A stretch of 64,000 nucleotides of DNA from an uncultured Anaerolineaceae bacterium (GCA_964606085.1 CAZSFD010000007.1:27234-91233); one strand, 5' to 3'; shown: positions 48,557 through 59,695, counted from the stretch's first letter. Numbers and translations are program-made. The notes: generated by a model not told the origin, from the sequence alone.

Positions 48557-49444
48557 ATGCAACGAGTTGGATATATCGGTCTTGGGCTGATGGGCAAATC
48601 TATCGCCCGCAACCTGCTCAAAGCTGGCTTCCCTGTCACCGTTCACAACCGCAGTCGCGCCGCGGTGGATGAACTGGTCGCCGAGGGGGCCGTGGCGGCT
48701 TTCTCGCCCGCCGAAGTGGCGGCCCAATCAGATGTGGTCTTCACCAACCTGCCCGATTCCCCCGATGTTGAGTTGGTGGCCCTGGGCACAGGCGGAATCA
48801 TCGAAAGCGCCCGCCCCGGGCTGATCTTCGTGGACAATTCAACGATCAAACCCGCGACGGCCCGCCTCATTGCCGAGAAATTAGGCGAAAAGGGCGTGCT
48901 TTGCCTGGATGCGCCCGTCAGCGGCGGCGACATCGGCGCGCGCAACGGCACGCTGGCGATTATGGTCGGCGGGCCAGGCGCGGCCGTCGCAGCGGTGATG
49001 CCGGTCTTTCAGGCCATGGGTAAGACGATCACACATGTCGGCGAGGCCGGCGCCGGGCAGATCACCAAAGCCTGCAACCAGATCATGGTGGCGGCGCAAA
49101 TGGTGGCCCTGGGCGAGCTGCTGATCTTCGCCCGCAAAGCCGGCGCTGACCCGCAGAAGGTGGTCGAGGCGATCAAAGGCGGCGCAGCGCAATGCTGGAC
49201 GCTGGACATGAAGCCGCCGCGCCTGTTTGCGGGCAACCGCGCCCCTGGCTTCAAGGCGCACATGCAGGCCAAAGACCTCAACATCGTTCTCGAAACCGCC
49301 CGGCAATACGGCATCCCGCTGCCCTCTGCCGCCACCGATGCCCAGTTGTTCAACGCCATGCTGCAAATGGGTATGGCCGAGTTGGATAATTCGGCGGTGA
49401 TTGGCGTGATTGAGGCCTTGGCGGGGGTGAATCTACTCGAATAA
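48557..49444 (+). CDS. NAD(P)-dependent 3-hydroxyisobutyrate / 2-hydroxy-3-oxopropionate dehydrogenase family
   Basis: VGYIGLGLMGKSIARNL Rossmann motif, DAPVSGG, and the lysine motif GAGQITKACNQ. Confidence 0.85.
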   Translation: MQRVGYIGLGLMGKSIARNLLKAGFPVTVHNRSRAAVDELVAEGAVAAFSPAEVAAQSDVVFTNLPDSPDVELVALGTGGIIESARPGLIFVDNSTIKPATARLIAEKLGEKGVLCLDAPVSGGDIGARNGTLAIMVGGPGAAVAAVMPVFQAMGKTITHVGEAGAGQITKACNQIMVAAQMVALGELLIFARKAGADPQKVVEAIKGGAAQCWTLDMKPPRLFAGNRAPGFKAHMQAKDLNIVLETARQYGIPLPSAATDAQLFNAMLQMGMAELDNSAVIGVIEALAGVNLLE

Positions 49445-49549
49445 TTCTGCAACCTTTTTGCAATTGTCTGCGTAAATGTTCTCAGATAGCACCCGCACCG
49501 CCTGTTCACCCCACCCTAACCGGGACAGGCACTCGATAGGAGCAAAACC

Positions 49550-50191
49550 GTGAATCACACTTCGCCAGAATGGCTGCCTCAGGCGCTCAAAGGCGATCCC
49601 GATGCGTTTGGCCTGGTTGTTGAAGAATTTCAACGACCCGTCTTCAACCTGTGTTATCGCATGTTAGGCGACCCCGATGAAGCCGAGGACGCCGCCCAGG
49701 AGACCTTCCTGCGAGCATACAACGGTCTGCGCAGTTATGATAGCAACCGTTCCTTTTCTACGTGGCTACTTTCGATTGCCGCCCACTATTGCATTGACCA
49801 GATTCGCCGCCGCCGGCTGGTGCTGCTTTCGATGGATCAAATTCCCACGCTCGATCCGCCTGACCCGCAGCTTGGCCCCGAAGCCGCCACCAGCCGCGCC
49901 GAGGAACAGCGCCGCATCCAGGCCTTGCTTAACACCCTCGGCCCGCAAGATAGAGCCGCCGTGATCATGCTCTACTGGTACGACATGTCTTACGAAGAGA
50001 TCGCCGATGCCACGGGCCTGACCGTCAGCGCCATCAAAAGCCGCTTGCACCGCGCCCGGCGTGATCTGGCCAGCCAATGGCAGAATCACGCCCCGGCCAA
50101 TATCGAAACAAATCAACTGGAACTGGCCGCCAATCCCCCCTCGCCAGTTGAAAGGAGACGCCATGCAGAACTCCGCACATCTGCCTTTTGA
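49550..50191 (+). CDS. ECF-type RNA polymerase sigma factor
   Basis: Region 2 (DAAQETFLRAY, FSTWLLSIA) and region 4 (SYEEIADATGLTVSAIKSRLHRAR). Confidence 0.85.
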   Translation: MNHTSPEWLPQALKGDPDAFGLVVEEFQRPVFNLCYRMLGDPDEAEDAAQETFLRAYNGLRSYDSNRSFSTWLLSIAAHYCIDQIRRRRLVLLSMDQIPTLDPPDPQLGPEAATSRAEEQRRIQALLNTLGPQDRAAVIMLYWYDMSYEEIADATGLTVSAIKSRLHRARRDLASQWQNHAPANIETNQLELAANPPSPVERRRHAELRTSAF

Positions 50192-50711
50192 AGAATGGCT
50201 GCTCGCTGACCGGCCGCTTTCGACCTATCAGGAGCAGGCCCTCAACGAACACCTTGCAACCTGCGACGCTTGCCGCAACCTGAAGCAATCGTGGGGCAGT
50301 GTCAGCACGCTCTTTCGCACCGCCCCGTTGGTCACGCCGAAAACGGGTTTCACCGCCCGTTGGGCTGAACGCCAGGCTGCCGAGCGTTTGCGCAAGCAGC
50401 GCCGGCAGGCCTGGATTATCTTTGGTATTGTGATGGTCAATGCCCTGGTTTTCCTGGGATTGTTGACATCCCAAATCGTGGCGATGGTGACTTCGCCGTC
50501 GCAGTGGTTACTGGTCAAAATGTATTTTGTCACGCGTTACCTGGCCGCAGCCGGTGCGGTGGATGCCCTCTTCGATGCCATGCGGCAGTCGGCGATTGCA
50601 TTTCCACTGCTTGGTCTGTTCTTTTTGGTTGGGTTGGCCTCGTTCTTCAGCGTGCTTTGGGTGGTGGCTTACCGCCAACTAACTTCACAAACCCGGAAGG
50701 TTAAGAAATGA
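50163..50711 (+). CDS. Anti-sigma factor (zf-HC2) with one TM helix
   Basis: HLATCDACRNL is followed by a TM segment. It overlaps the sigma gene end by 29 nt. Confidence 0.7.
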   Translation: MQNSAHLPFEEWLLADRPLSTYQEQALNEHLATCDACRNLKQSWGSVSTLFRTAPLVTPKTGFTARWAERQAAERLRKQRRQAWIIFGIVMVNALVFLGLLTSQIVAMVTSPSQWLLVKMYFVTRYLAAAGAVDALFDAMRQSAIAFPLLGLFFLVGLASFFSVLWVVAYRQLTSQTRKVKK

Positions 50712-51802
50712 AAATTCTGCATAAGTTGACCGTGTTGTTGTTGCTATCCGTGCTGGTGCTGGCCTTTCCGGCCAGCGCATTCGCCGCCGAACTGCCAGGC
50801 GACAATCTTCCCGATGAATTTGTTTTCGGCGGCGATTACACCCTCGAAAGCGGCGATACCCTGCGTGAGGGCCTGGTGGTCTTCGGTGGTTCGGCAGAGA
50901 TCGAACAAGGCGCTACCGTGCGCGGCGATGTGGTGATCATGGGCGGCTCGCTCATCTGTGATGGCCTGGTTGAAGGCAGTGTGATGATTATGGGCGGCCA
51001 GGCCAGCCTCGGCGATACGGCTGTGGTCGAAGGCGACCTGGCTACTTTTGGCGGTTCGTTGGAGCGCGCCCCCGGTGCAACGGTCGAAGGCGATGTGATC
51101 GGCGAAATCCCTGGCGCTTTCCCCTTTGTTACGCGCATAGACCCGATCGTCACAGAACCCTTTGACTCCGACTTTTATCATGGCATGAACTACATGCCTC
51201 CGATGTGGGGCGGTCTGTGGTTCTTGTGGGTGCCATTTGCCATGCTGACCATGGCGGCCCTGGCGATGATCATCGTCATGTTTTGGCCCAAGCAGGTCGA
51301 ACGCGTGGCAAAAACGGCCATTTCACAGCCGCTTGCTGCGGGTGGGTTGGGCCTGCTAACCTTGATCGTGCTGCCTTTTGCCCTGGTGGTGATGGTGCTG
51401 ACCTGTGTGCTGATCCTTGCCATCCCCGTCGTGGCTGTCGCTTTGGGGCTGGCAACGCTGCTCGGTTGGGTGGCGCTGGGCCTGGAAGTTGGCAAGCGCA
51501 TCGCCATTGCCCTGAAACAAGATTGGCATCCGGCCCTGGCGGCGGGTGTGGGCGTGTTATTGCTCACCCTTGTAGCGGCGGGCGTGGATCAGGCTTTGCA
51601 GGTGGTGTGGCTGGGCTGCATCGCCTGGGTAATCCCGACGATGATCGGTGTGGTTGCCCTGGGCGCGGCCTTGCTGACGGTCTTTGGCAGCCGCGACTAT
51701 CCCAGCCTGGCGGCTGTACCGGCCCCGGCGACCGTGTCACCGGCTGCTGAATTGCCTGTGGTTGATGAAGCGCCCGCTGAACAACCCCCGGCTACTGAAT
51801 AA
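50708..51802 (+). CDS. Membrane protein with bactofilin/polymer-forming-like beta-helical repeats
   Basis: Signal peptide, then repeats GDVVIMGGSLICDGLVEGSVMIMGG...VVEGDLATFGG...VEGDVIG, then about 5 TM helices. ATGA overlap with the anti-sigma gene. Confidence 0.6.
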   Translation: MKILHKLTVLLLLSVLVLAFPASAFAAELPGDNLPDEFVFGGDYTLESGDTLREGLVVFGGSAEIEQGATVRGDVVIMGGSLICDGLVEGSVMIMGGQASLGDTAVVEGDLATFGGSLERAPGATVEGDVIGEIPGAFPFVTRIDPIVTEPFDSDFYHGMNYMPPMWGGLWFLWVPFAMLTMAALAMIIVMFWPKQVERVAKTAISQPLAAGGLGLLTLIVLPFALVVMVLTCVLILAIPVVAVALGLATLLGWVALGLEVGKRIAIALKQDWHPALAAGVGVLLLTLVAAGVDQALQVVWLGCIAWVIPTMIGVVALGAALLTVFGSRDYPSLAAVPAPATVSPAAELPVVDEAPAEQPPATE

Positions 51803-51825
51803 ACAATTCCCCTTCCCCTCACCCC

Positions 51826-51863
51826 GCCCCTCTCACGTGTAAACGTGGGAGGGGCTTTTTTTT
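51826..51863 (+). terminator. Rho-independent terminator of the sigma/anti-sigma operon
   Basis: gcccctctcacg / cgtgggaggggc stem (one G-T pair) followed by T8 (51856-63). Confidence 0.8.
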
Positions 51864-51922
51864 AACCAGGAATAACACTAATCTGCACGAATTTGTGGCT
51901 GTTCATTCGTGGCGATTGCTAG

Positions 51923-52816
51923 TTAAGTTTCTCGAATGAATCCAAAGCGCTGCAACGCCGCATCGTCATCGCGCCAATCCTTTTCCACCTTTACGCGTAG
52001 TTCAAGGAATACCTTTCGCTCTGTAAGGGCCTCGATCTCCTTTCGGGCTGTGGCTCCCAGCAGCTTGATCATGCTGCCTTTCTGCCCAATGACAATGCCT
52101 TTATGGCTATCCCGTTCAACGAAAAGCGTAGCCGCGATGTAAGCCGTGTCATCGCCGCGGTCTTTGTAGTCATCTATGCGGATGGCGATGCCGTGGGGGA
52201 CTTCATCGTGCAGGTGCAGCAGGCAGGCCTCGCGGATCAGGTCGGCGGCGATTTCGCGCTCGAACAGGTCGGTGATCTGGTCTTCGGGGTAGAAGGGTTC
52301 GCCTTCGGGCAGGCGGGCCAGCAGTGTTTCGAGCAGGGCATGGCAGCCCTGGCCGCCCGCCGCCGAAATGGGCAGCAGCACCGCTTCGGGCAGCAACGCC
52401 TGGCATTCGGCAGTGCGTCTGGACAGGGTATCAGGGGTGAGTAAATCTATTTTGTTCAGGATCAGCAGCGTGGCGCGCACGCGGTTCTTGGCGACGATCC
52501 ATTCGGCCAGCAGGCGATCTTCCTCATCGGGCGGCTGCGAGGCATCTACCAGCCAGAGGATGACATCGGCATCGGTGAGCGTCTGTTGGGCGGTCTGGTT
52601 CATGAACTGGCCGAGCTTGTGCTTGGGATTGTGGACGCCGGGCGTGTCTATGAAAATGACCTGTGCAGCGGGCGTGGTGAGAATGCCCAACTGACGCCGC
52701 TGCGTGGTCTGCGGGCGCGGCGAAACAGCGGCGATCTTCTGCTGGAGCAGGGCGTTTACCAGGGTAGATTTGCCCACGTTGGGCTTGCCTAAGACGGCGA
52801 CAAATCCGACCTTCAT
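51923..52816 (-). CDS. era: GTPase Era
   Basis: GFVAVLGKPNVGKSTL, DTPG, NKID and a C-terminal KH domain. Confidence 0.95.
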   Translation of the reverse strand: MKVGFVAVLGKPNVGKSTLVNALLQQKIAAVSPRPQTTQRRQLGILTTPAAQVIFIDTPGVHNPKHKLGQFMNQTAQQTLTDADVILWLVDASQPPDEEDRLLAEWIVAKNRVRATLLILNKIDLLTPDTLSRRTAECQALLPEAVLLPISAAGGQGCHALLETLLARLPEGEPFYPEDQITDLFEREIAADLIREACLLHLHDEVPHGIAIRIDDYKDRGDDTAYIAATLFVERDSHKGIVIGQKGSMIKLLGATARKEIEALTERKVFLELRVKVEKDWRDDDAALQRFGFIRET

Positions 52817-53535
52817 TTCAGGTAGCCTTTCTGTTGCAGGCGCTCGATCAGTTGGCGGGCATAAGCTTCGCCGCTGATTTCGAGCAGGGCATCATCGGGC
52901 GCGGGGAGCGGGTTTTGCCACAGCCACGCCAGGCGCAGCCAAAAGCCAGGCAGTTGGCGGGAGTGGTAACGGCCATCTTCGCCAGGCAAGACGAGGGTGT
53001 ATTGGCCGTTTTCACCAAGCTGGTAAAATTCGGCGCGCTGCGCCAGGGGGTCTATCAGCCAGTATTCGGGGATGCGGGCGCGTTCGTATTCGTAGTATTT
53101 CGCGCCGCGATCGCGGTGCATGCTTTCGGGCGAAGTGATCTCGACGACGAGGTCAGCCGGGCCGTCGAGGTAGGTGGGGGTCAGGCGGCTCAGGTTGGCC
53201 TGGGCAACAAAGAGCAGATCGGGTTCGCGCCCGGATGTTTCGAGTTTCATCTGGAAGGGCGGTAAAAATACGATGCCAAGTTGGTGTTTTTCGACAAAAC
53301 CGCATACTAATCGGTAAATGAAACCGCCGAGAAGTTGATGAATGCTGGATGCTGGACTGGTCATAATAATCTCTCCGTTTTCCCACTCGGCCAGGGTATC
53401 TTCGTCGGCCCATTGCAAAAATTCTTCATACGCAACCCGCTGGCGCGGCGTGGCCAGTGTGTGCAACATGAACTGACGGATAGCTTCTTCGAGCGCGCCG
53501 GGGGTGGAAAGCAATTTTTCAGGGGTTTCGAGCAT
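52813..53535 (-). CDS. Uma2-family (DUF820) PD-(D/E)XK endonuclease-like protein
   Basis: EWENGEIIMTSPAS..H, EPDLLFV, PDLVVEITSP, IPEYWLIDP. Confidence 0.8.
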   Translation of the reverse strand: MLETPEKLLSTPGALEEAIRQFMLHTLATPRQRVAYEEFLQWADEDTLAEWENGEIIMTSPASSIHQLLGGFIYRLVCGFVEKHQLGIVFLPPFQMKLETSGREPDLLFVAQANLSRLTPTYLDGPADLVVEITSPESMHRDRGAKYYEYERARIPEYWLIDPLAQRAEFYQLGENGQYTLVLPGEDGRYHSRQLPGFWLRLAWLWQNPLPAPDDALLEISGEAYARQLIERLQQKGYLK

Positions 53536-53566
53536 GGCTGCCTCCTTCCTGATTCGATTATAGCAC

Positions 53567-56068
53567 CTAGCCAGCGTGCAATTTTGCCACGGTCACACCC
53601 TCGCCGCCTTCCTTGTCGCCGCCGGTTTCAGAGGATTTGACATGCGGGTGTTGCTGCAACGCCTGGCGCACGGCCTGGCGCAGCTTGCCCGTGCCTTTGC
53701 CGTGGATGATGCGCACCCACGGCAGGCCAGCGAGGTAGGCGTTCTCGAGGTAGCGGTCGAGCTTGTCGAGGGCTTCTTCGGCGGTCTGGCCGCGCAGGTC
53801 GAGTTCGAGGCCGGGGGATTCGACCCGAGGGGATTGGGCGACGGGGTGATCAACAGCAACGCTGGGGGCTGGCTCTGGTTCGCCGCCAGCGGGCTGCAGG
53901 TCTGCCAGGCGGGCGCGGATGCGCAACATGCCCACCTGCACTTCGGCTTCGTCGGCGTTCAACGAAGTGATCACGCCTTTGGTGTTGAGCGTACGCAGGT
54001 GGACTTTGACGCCTGGGGCGAGAGGGGCAGGTTTCAGGTTGAACATTGCCGGTTTGACCGGTTTGGAAGCCGGGGTTTCGATGGCGATGGCGGCTTCTTC
54101 GGCGACTTCTTGCGATTTTTCTTCAACCTGCTTGATCACGTCCAGGGGTTGGCGGGCGCGGGTTAGCTCACGACGCAATTCGGCGATTTCGGCTTGCAGC
54201 GTTTCCATCTGCTTTTCGGCCTCGCTGCGGGCTTTGTCGAGGATGGCGCGGCGTTCGTCTTCGATTTTATCGAGGCGGGCGGCCAATTCGGCGCGCAGCT
54301 TGTCGGCCTGGTGACGTTCGCGGTCGGCGCTGCCGCGGGCTTTGCGGGCGGCATCGCGCTGGCGGTGGATTTCGTCGAGCATACTTTCGGCGCGCAGGTC
54401 GTCGGGGTTGAGTTCGCTGCGGGCGTCTTCGATGATTTCGTCGGGCAGGCCGAGGCGTTTGGCAATCGCCAGGGCGTTGGAGCGGCCTGGCAGGCCGATG
54501 GTGAGGTGATAGGTGGGGCGCAGCGTTTTCAGGTCGAACTCGACGCTGGCGTTGACGGCCCCCGGCGCTCCGTGGGCGTAGGCTTTCAATTCGGGGTGGT
54601 GGGTGGTGACCAGGGTGGTGACGCCCTCGCGCAGCAGGTGTGAGAGCAATGCCCGCGCCAGGGCGGCGCCTTCTTGCGGGTCGGTGCCGGCGCCCAGCTC
54701 GTCGAGGATCACCAGCGAGTGGCGGTCGGCGCGCTTGAGGATGCGGATGATGTTCTTGACGTGGCCGGAAAAGGTCGAAAGCGACTGCTCGATAGACTGC
54801 TCGTCGCCGATGTCGGCATACACTTCCTTGAATACGGATAATTCCGAACCCGAATGGGCGGGGATGTGCAGCCCGCTCTGCGCCATCAGCACCAGCAGAC
54901 CGATGGTTTTGAGCGAGACGGTCTTGCCACCGGTGTTCGGCCCGGTGACGACCATCACGAAGGTGTGCGGGTCGAGTTCGACATCAATCGCCACCACCGT
55001 ATCGCGGCTGAGCAGCGGGTGGCGCGCCTCGATCAGGTTGATCGTCGTTCCGGGGTGGCGGATGATGATCAATTTTTGATTTTCGATTTCTGATGGCTGA
55101 TTGGCCGTTTCGCCCCCTTGCTCCCCTGCTCCTTTGCTCCCCGGCTCCCCGGCAACCTTCCCAATCTCGCGCGGCTTGCCAATGGCTTTGAGTACCGGTT
55201 CGCTGGCGCGCAGGTCTTCGGCATATTTGGCGCGGGCCAGGATGAAATCTATCTCGACGATGACTTTGAGGATGTGCAGCAGCAGTTCAGCGTTATCGGC
55301 CACGTAGGCGGAGAGTTCGGCCAGAATGCGGCGTTCTTCATCGCGCTCGGCCAGTTGCAGTTCGCGGTATTCGTTGTTCAATTCCACCACTGCCAGCGGC
55401 TCGACGAAGAGCGTGGCCCCCGAGGAGGATTGGTCGTGGACGATGGCCTTGATGCGGCCCTTGTTTTCGGCGCGCAGCGGGATAACGTAACGCCCGTCAC
55501 GCTGGGTGATGATGGCATCTTGCAGCAGCGACGAACTGTTGGCATCGGTCAGCATCCGCTGCAGTTTGGTCATCAGACGGTCATAGGCAATGCGCATGTC
55601 GCGGCGGATTTGCGCCAACTTGGGCGAGGCGCTGTCGAGGATTTGGCCGCGTTCGTCGAGCGCTTTGGTGATAGCATCCACCAGGCCAACCGGCGGTTTG
55701 AGCTGCGCGGCCCAGCCGTAGAGCCGTGGGAACTGATGCTGCAAATGCTCGAAGGTGCGCGCCAACTGCCGGGCAGAGATGATCGTGGATTTGATGTCCA
55801 TCAGTTCGGTGGGTTGCAGCACGCCACTGCGCACGGCCAGTTCTACCGATGGGCGGATGTCGCGGGCGCCGCCGATGGTCATATCGGGGCGGGTGACGAG
55901 GAATTGCACGGCTTCGCGGGTTTCGGTTTGCCAATCCAGGGCCTGTTCCAGGTGTGTGGTAGGGCGCAGTTCGAGGGCGCGGGCATGTGAAGCGCTGAAA
56001 GCGGTGTAGGCCGCCAGGCGTTCGAGGATTTTGAAGTATTCGAGGGTTTGAAGGGTTTTGTCGTCCAT
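53567..56068 (-). CDS. mutS2: Endonuclease MutS2 (with C-terminal Smr domain)
   Basis: MutS ATPase core (GPNTGGKT, DELGAGTDP), a coiled coil and an Smr domain (LDLRGQTAEEAL...IIHGKGTG.LR). It contains an in-frame repeat-encoded insertion. Confidence 0.9.
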   Translation of the reverse strand: MDDKTLQTLEYFKILERLAAYTAFSASHARALELRPTTHLEQALDWQTETREAVQFLVTRPDMTIGGARDIRPSVELAVRSGVLQPTELMDIKSTIISARQLARTFEHLQHQFPRLYGWAAQLKPPVGLVDAITKALDERGQILDSASPKLAQIRRDMRIAYDRLMTKLQRMLTDANSSSLLQDAIITQRDGRYVIPLRAENKGRIKAIVHDQSSSGATLFVEPLAVVELNNEYRELQLAERDEERRILAELSAYVADNAELLLHILKVIVEIDFILARAKYAEDLRASEPVLKAIGKPREIGKVAGEPGSKGAGEQGGETANQPSEIENQKLIIIRHPGTTINLIEARHPLLSRDTVVAIDVELDPHTFVMVVTGPNTGGKTVSLKTIGLLVLMAQSGLHIPAHSGSELSVFKEVYADIGDEQSIEQSLSTFSGHVKNIIRILKRADRHSLVILDELGAGTDPQEGAALARALLSHLLREGVTTLVTTHHPELKAYAHGAPGAVNASVEFDLKTLRPTYHLTIGLPGRSNALAIAKRLGLPDEIIEDARSELNPDDLRAESMLDEIHRQRDAARKARGSADRERHQADKLRAELAARLDKIEDERRAILDKARSEAEKQMETLQAEIAELRRELTRARQPLDVIKQVEEKSQEVAEEAAIAIETPASKPVKPAMFNLKPAPLAPGVKVHLRTLNTKGVITSLNADEAEVQVGMLRIRARLADLQPAGGEPEPAPSVAVDHPVAQSPRVESPGLELDLRGQTAEEALDKLDRYLENAYLAGLPWVRIIHGKGTGKLRQAVRQALQQHPHVKSSETGGDKEGGEGVTVAKLHAG
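55073..55156. repeat. Heptamer then octamer short tandem repeats inside the mutS2 ORF
   Basis: The plus strand reads tttttga ttttcga tttctga tggctga ttggccg tttcgcc (55073-55114). It then reads ttgctcc cctgctcc tttgctcc ccggctcc ccggcaac (55118-55156). Confidence 0.85.
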
Positions 56069-56185
56069 AGAAATCGGGTGTTTTCACAGAAACGCCCCGC
56101 AGGGCCGAGGCCAGCGGGGCGCGGCGATCAAAGAATGCATCCAATTATAACGCTGGTTAAACTGCAATACTGTTTAGATAACGGC

Positions 56186-56283
56186 CAGGTGCAACGCACT
56201 TCTTGGGCTTAGAAATGCCTGCGCCAAGTTGATACATCAGGGAGAAAATGAGATTCTACTGGCAATAAAGTGCGTTGCACCTG
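56186..56283. repeat. About 100-nt element bounded by a perfect 15-bp inverted repeat
   Basis: caggtgcaacgcact (56186-200) pairs with agtgcgttgcacctg (56269-83). The interior is lower in GC and contains a 5-bp cttgg/ccaag stem. Confidence 0.8.
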
Positions 56284-56379
56284 ACTTTAAGGAAAGCCGG
56301 GCTACCTGCCCCTTCCTACCTGCCACTTTTCCCCCTTCGCGGTACAATAGCGCCGGTTTTCACCCAATCACGGGCCTGA

Positions 56380-57714
<1,335 letters not shown>

Positions 57715-57763
57715 AACGTCATTCCAGGATAGCACCTGGTTCAAAGGGTGTCTATCCTCAATC

Positions 57764-57844
57764 AACGCAAAGGCGCAAAGACGCAAGGCCGCAAAGGCAA
57801 GAAACGAAACCCTTTGCACCTTTGCGACTTTGCGCCTTTACGTT
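57764..57844 (+). terminator. Long imperfect hairpin built from CGCAAAGG-type octamer repeats, downstream of eno
   Basis: The arms 57764-97 and 57811-44 pair at 29 of 34 positions. The left arm reads cgcaaagg cgcaaaga cgcaaggc cgcaaagg. Confidence 0.5.
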
Positions 57845-57955
57845 AAGCCTTATTTTCGACCAGGATTCGCTTTCTCGCAGGATTGCCCACCATTTGTGCG
57901 AATGGTGGTGCAAATCTCAGATTTGCGCTACGCCTTTGCGGCTGGAAACCGCGTT

Positions 57956-59695
57956 ATGAATTTGTTTACTGAATATCTCTCTTTACTGCGCCGGGAATTT
58001 GCGGGGTACAACCTGGCAACCTTCCAAAAAGATTTATTGGCCGGGCTGACCGTGGCCGCCGTGGCCCTGCCGCTGGCGCTGGCCTTTGGCGTGGCCTCGG
58101 GGGCCGATGCCGCCGCCGGGCTGGTGACGGCGATCATCGCTGGCGTGGTAATTGGCCTGTTGGGCGGCGCACCCTACCAAATCTCCGGGCCAACGGGGGC
58201 CATGTCGGCGGTGTTGATTGTGCTGGCGGCGCGTTATGGCCTGCAAGCCGTGTGGCTGACGGGCGTGCTGGCGGGGCTGATGCTGATCTTCCTCGGCATC
58301 TTTCGGTTGGGACGGGTGGTGGCGTTCATCCCGGCCCCGGTCATTTCAGGGTTCACCAGCGGCATTGCCATCATCATTGCCCTGGGACAGGTAGATAACG
58401 CGCTGGGAATCAAAACCCCGGCTGCCGAAAATGTGATCGAGAAATTTTCCATTTACGCCGAGGGCGGGTTTACACCCAATATCAGCGCCGTTTTAGTCAC
58501 GCTGCTGGTGATGGGCGTGATGCTGATCTGGCCGCGGCTCAAGGCGGTGCAGCGTATCCCCGGCTCGCTGGCGGGGATCGTGGTGGCGACGCTGGCGGTG
58601 GTGCTGCTCGGTTGGGATACACCGGCCATCGGCAGCATCCCGCGTAACATTTTGCTCGATAATCGTTTGCGCTTCGGCGAGATTGACTGGGCCAACCTGG
58701 GCATGCTGGTCGTTCCGGCGCTCTCAGTGGCGGCGTTGGGTGCTATCGAAAGTTTGCTGTGCGGGGCGGTAGCTGGTAACATGACCGGCATCCGTCTGCA
58801 CAGCGGCATCGAATTGATCGCCCAGGGGATTGGCAACGTGCTGGTGCCCTTCTTTGGCGGGGTGCCGGCCACGGCCGCCATCGCCCGCACCAGTGTCAAC
58901 ATCAAAAGCGGCGGTGTGACGCGGCTGACCTCGATTTTGCACGGCGTGGCGTTGCTGCTGGCGGCGCTGCTCTTTGCCCCGGTGATTGGCCGCGTACCCC
59001 TGGCCGCGCTGGCAGGCGTGTTGCTGATCACCGCCTGGCGCATGAACGAGTGGCACGCCATCCGCTTTTATTTTGGCAAGCGGCTCAAACACGCCATCGC
59101 CGCCTTCCTGATCACCCTGGTTTGCACGGTGCTGCTCGACCTGACACAGGCCATCATCGTCGGCTTTGGTATCAGCGTGTTGATCTTCATCACGCAGATG
59201 AGCGACCTGCAAGTCATCCGTCAGCCGGTGGATGTGGAGAAATTGCGCACCGCCGGGCACGATTTTGTCCACCCAAGCCACCCGATCCAGGTTTATTACG
59301 TCAGCGGACCGCTGTTTTTTGCGGCGGCGCGTAAGTTGAGCGAGGAAGTGGAAGCGCACGACCAACCCGATGCCCGCCTGATCTTTTCGCTGCGCGGCGT
59401 GCCGCTGATTGACGCCACCGGCGTAGACGTGCTGCGTGAAATCTGGCAGCGCCAGAAGAAGGGCGGCGGCGAATTTTTGCTGGCGGGCATGCAGCCACGC
59501 GTCGAGGCGCTGCTCAACCGCATCGGCTTTTTAGATGAAATCGGCTGCGAACGCATCTTCTGGAGCGCCGACCGGGCGATCCTGTCGCTTGGCGCGGCCC
59601 TGCCTGTCGAAGCACAGCCGCGCCCCGATGCCGATGGCATGGATGCCACCCTGGTGATGACCCCGCACGAAGACCAGGCCCAACGGAAGGTGTAA
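57956..59695 (+). CDS. SulP-family anion transporter with C-terminal STAS domain
   Basis: LLAGLTVAAVALPLALAFGVASG, many TM helices and a STAS tail (YYVSGPLFFAAA...LRGVPLIDATG). Confidence 0.9.
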   Translation: MNLFTEYLSLLRREFAGYNLATFQKDLLAGLTVAAVALPLALAFGVASGADAAAGLVTAIIAGVVIGLLGGAPYQISGPTGAMSAVLIVLAARYGLQAVWLTGVLAGLMLIFLGIFRLGRVVAFIPAPVISGFTSGIAIIIALGQVDNALGIKTPAAENVIEKFSIYAEGGFTPNISAVLVTLLVMGVMLIWPRLKAVQRIPGSLAGIVVATLAVVLLGWDTPAIGSIPRNILLDNRLRFGEIDWANLGMLVVPALSVAALGAIESLLCGAVAGNMTGIRLHSGIELIAQGIGNVLVPFFGGVPATAAIARTSVNIKSGGVTRLTSILHGVALLLAALLFAPVIGRVPLAALAGVLLITAWRMNEWHAIRFYFGKRLKHAIAAFLITLVCTVLLDLTQAIIVGFGISVLIFITQMSDLQVIRQPVDVEKLRTAGHDFVHPSHPIQVYYVSGPLFFAAARKLSEEVEAHDQPDARLIFSLRGVPLIDATGVDVLREIWQRQKKGGGEFLLAGMQPRVEALLNRIGFLDEIGCERIFWSADRAILSLGAALPVEAQPRPDADGMDATLVMTPHEDQAQRKV

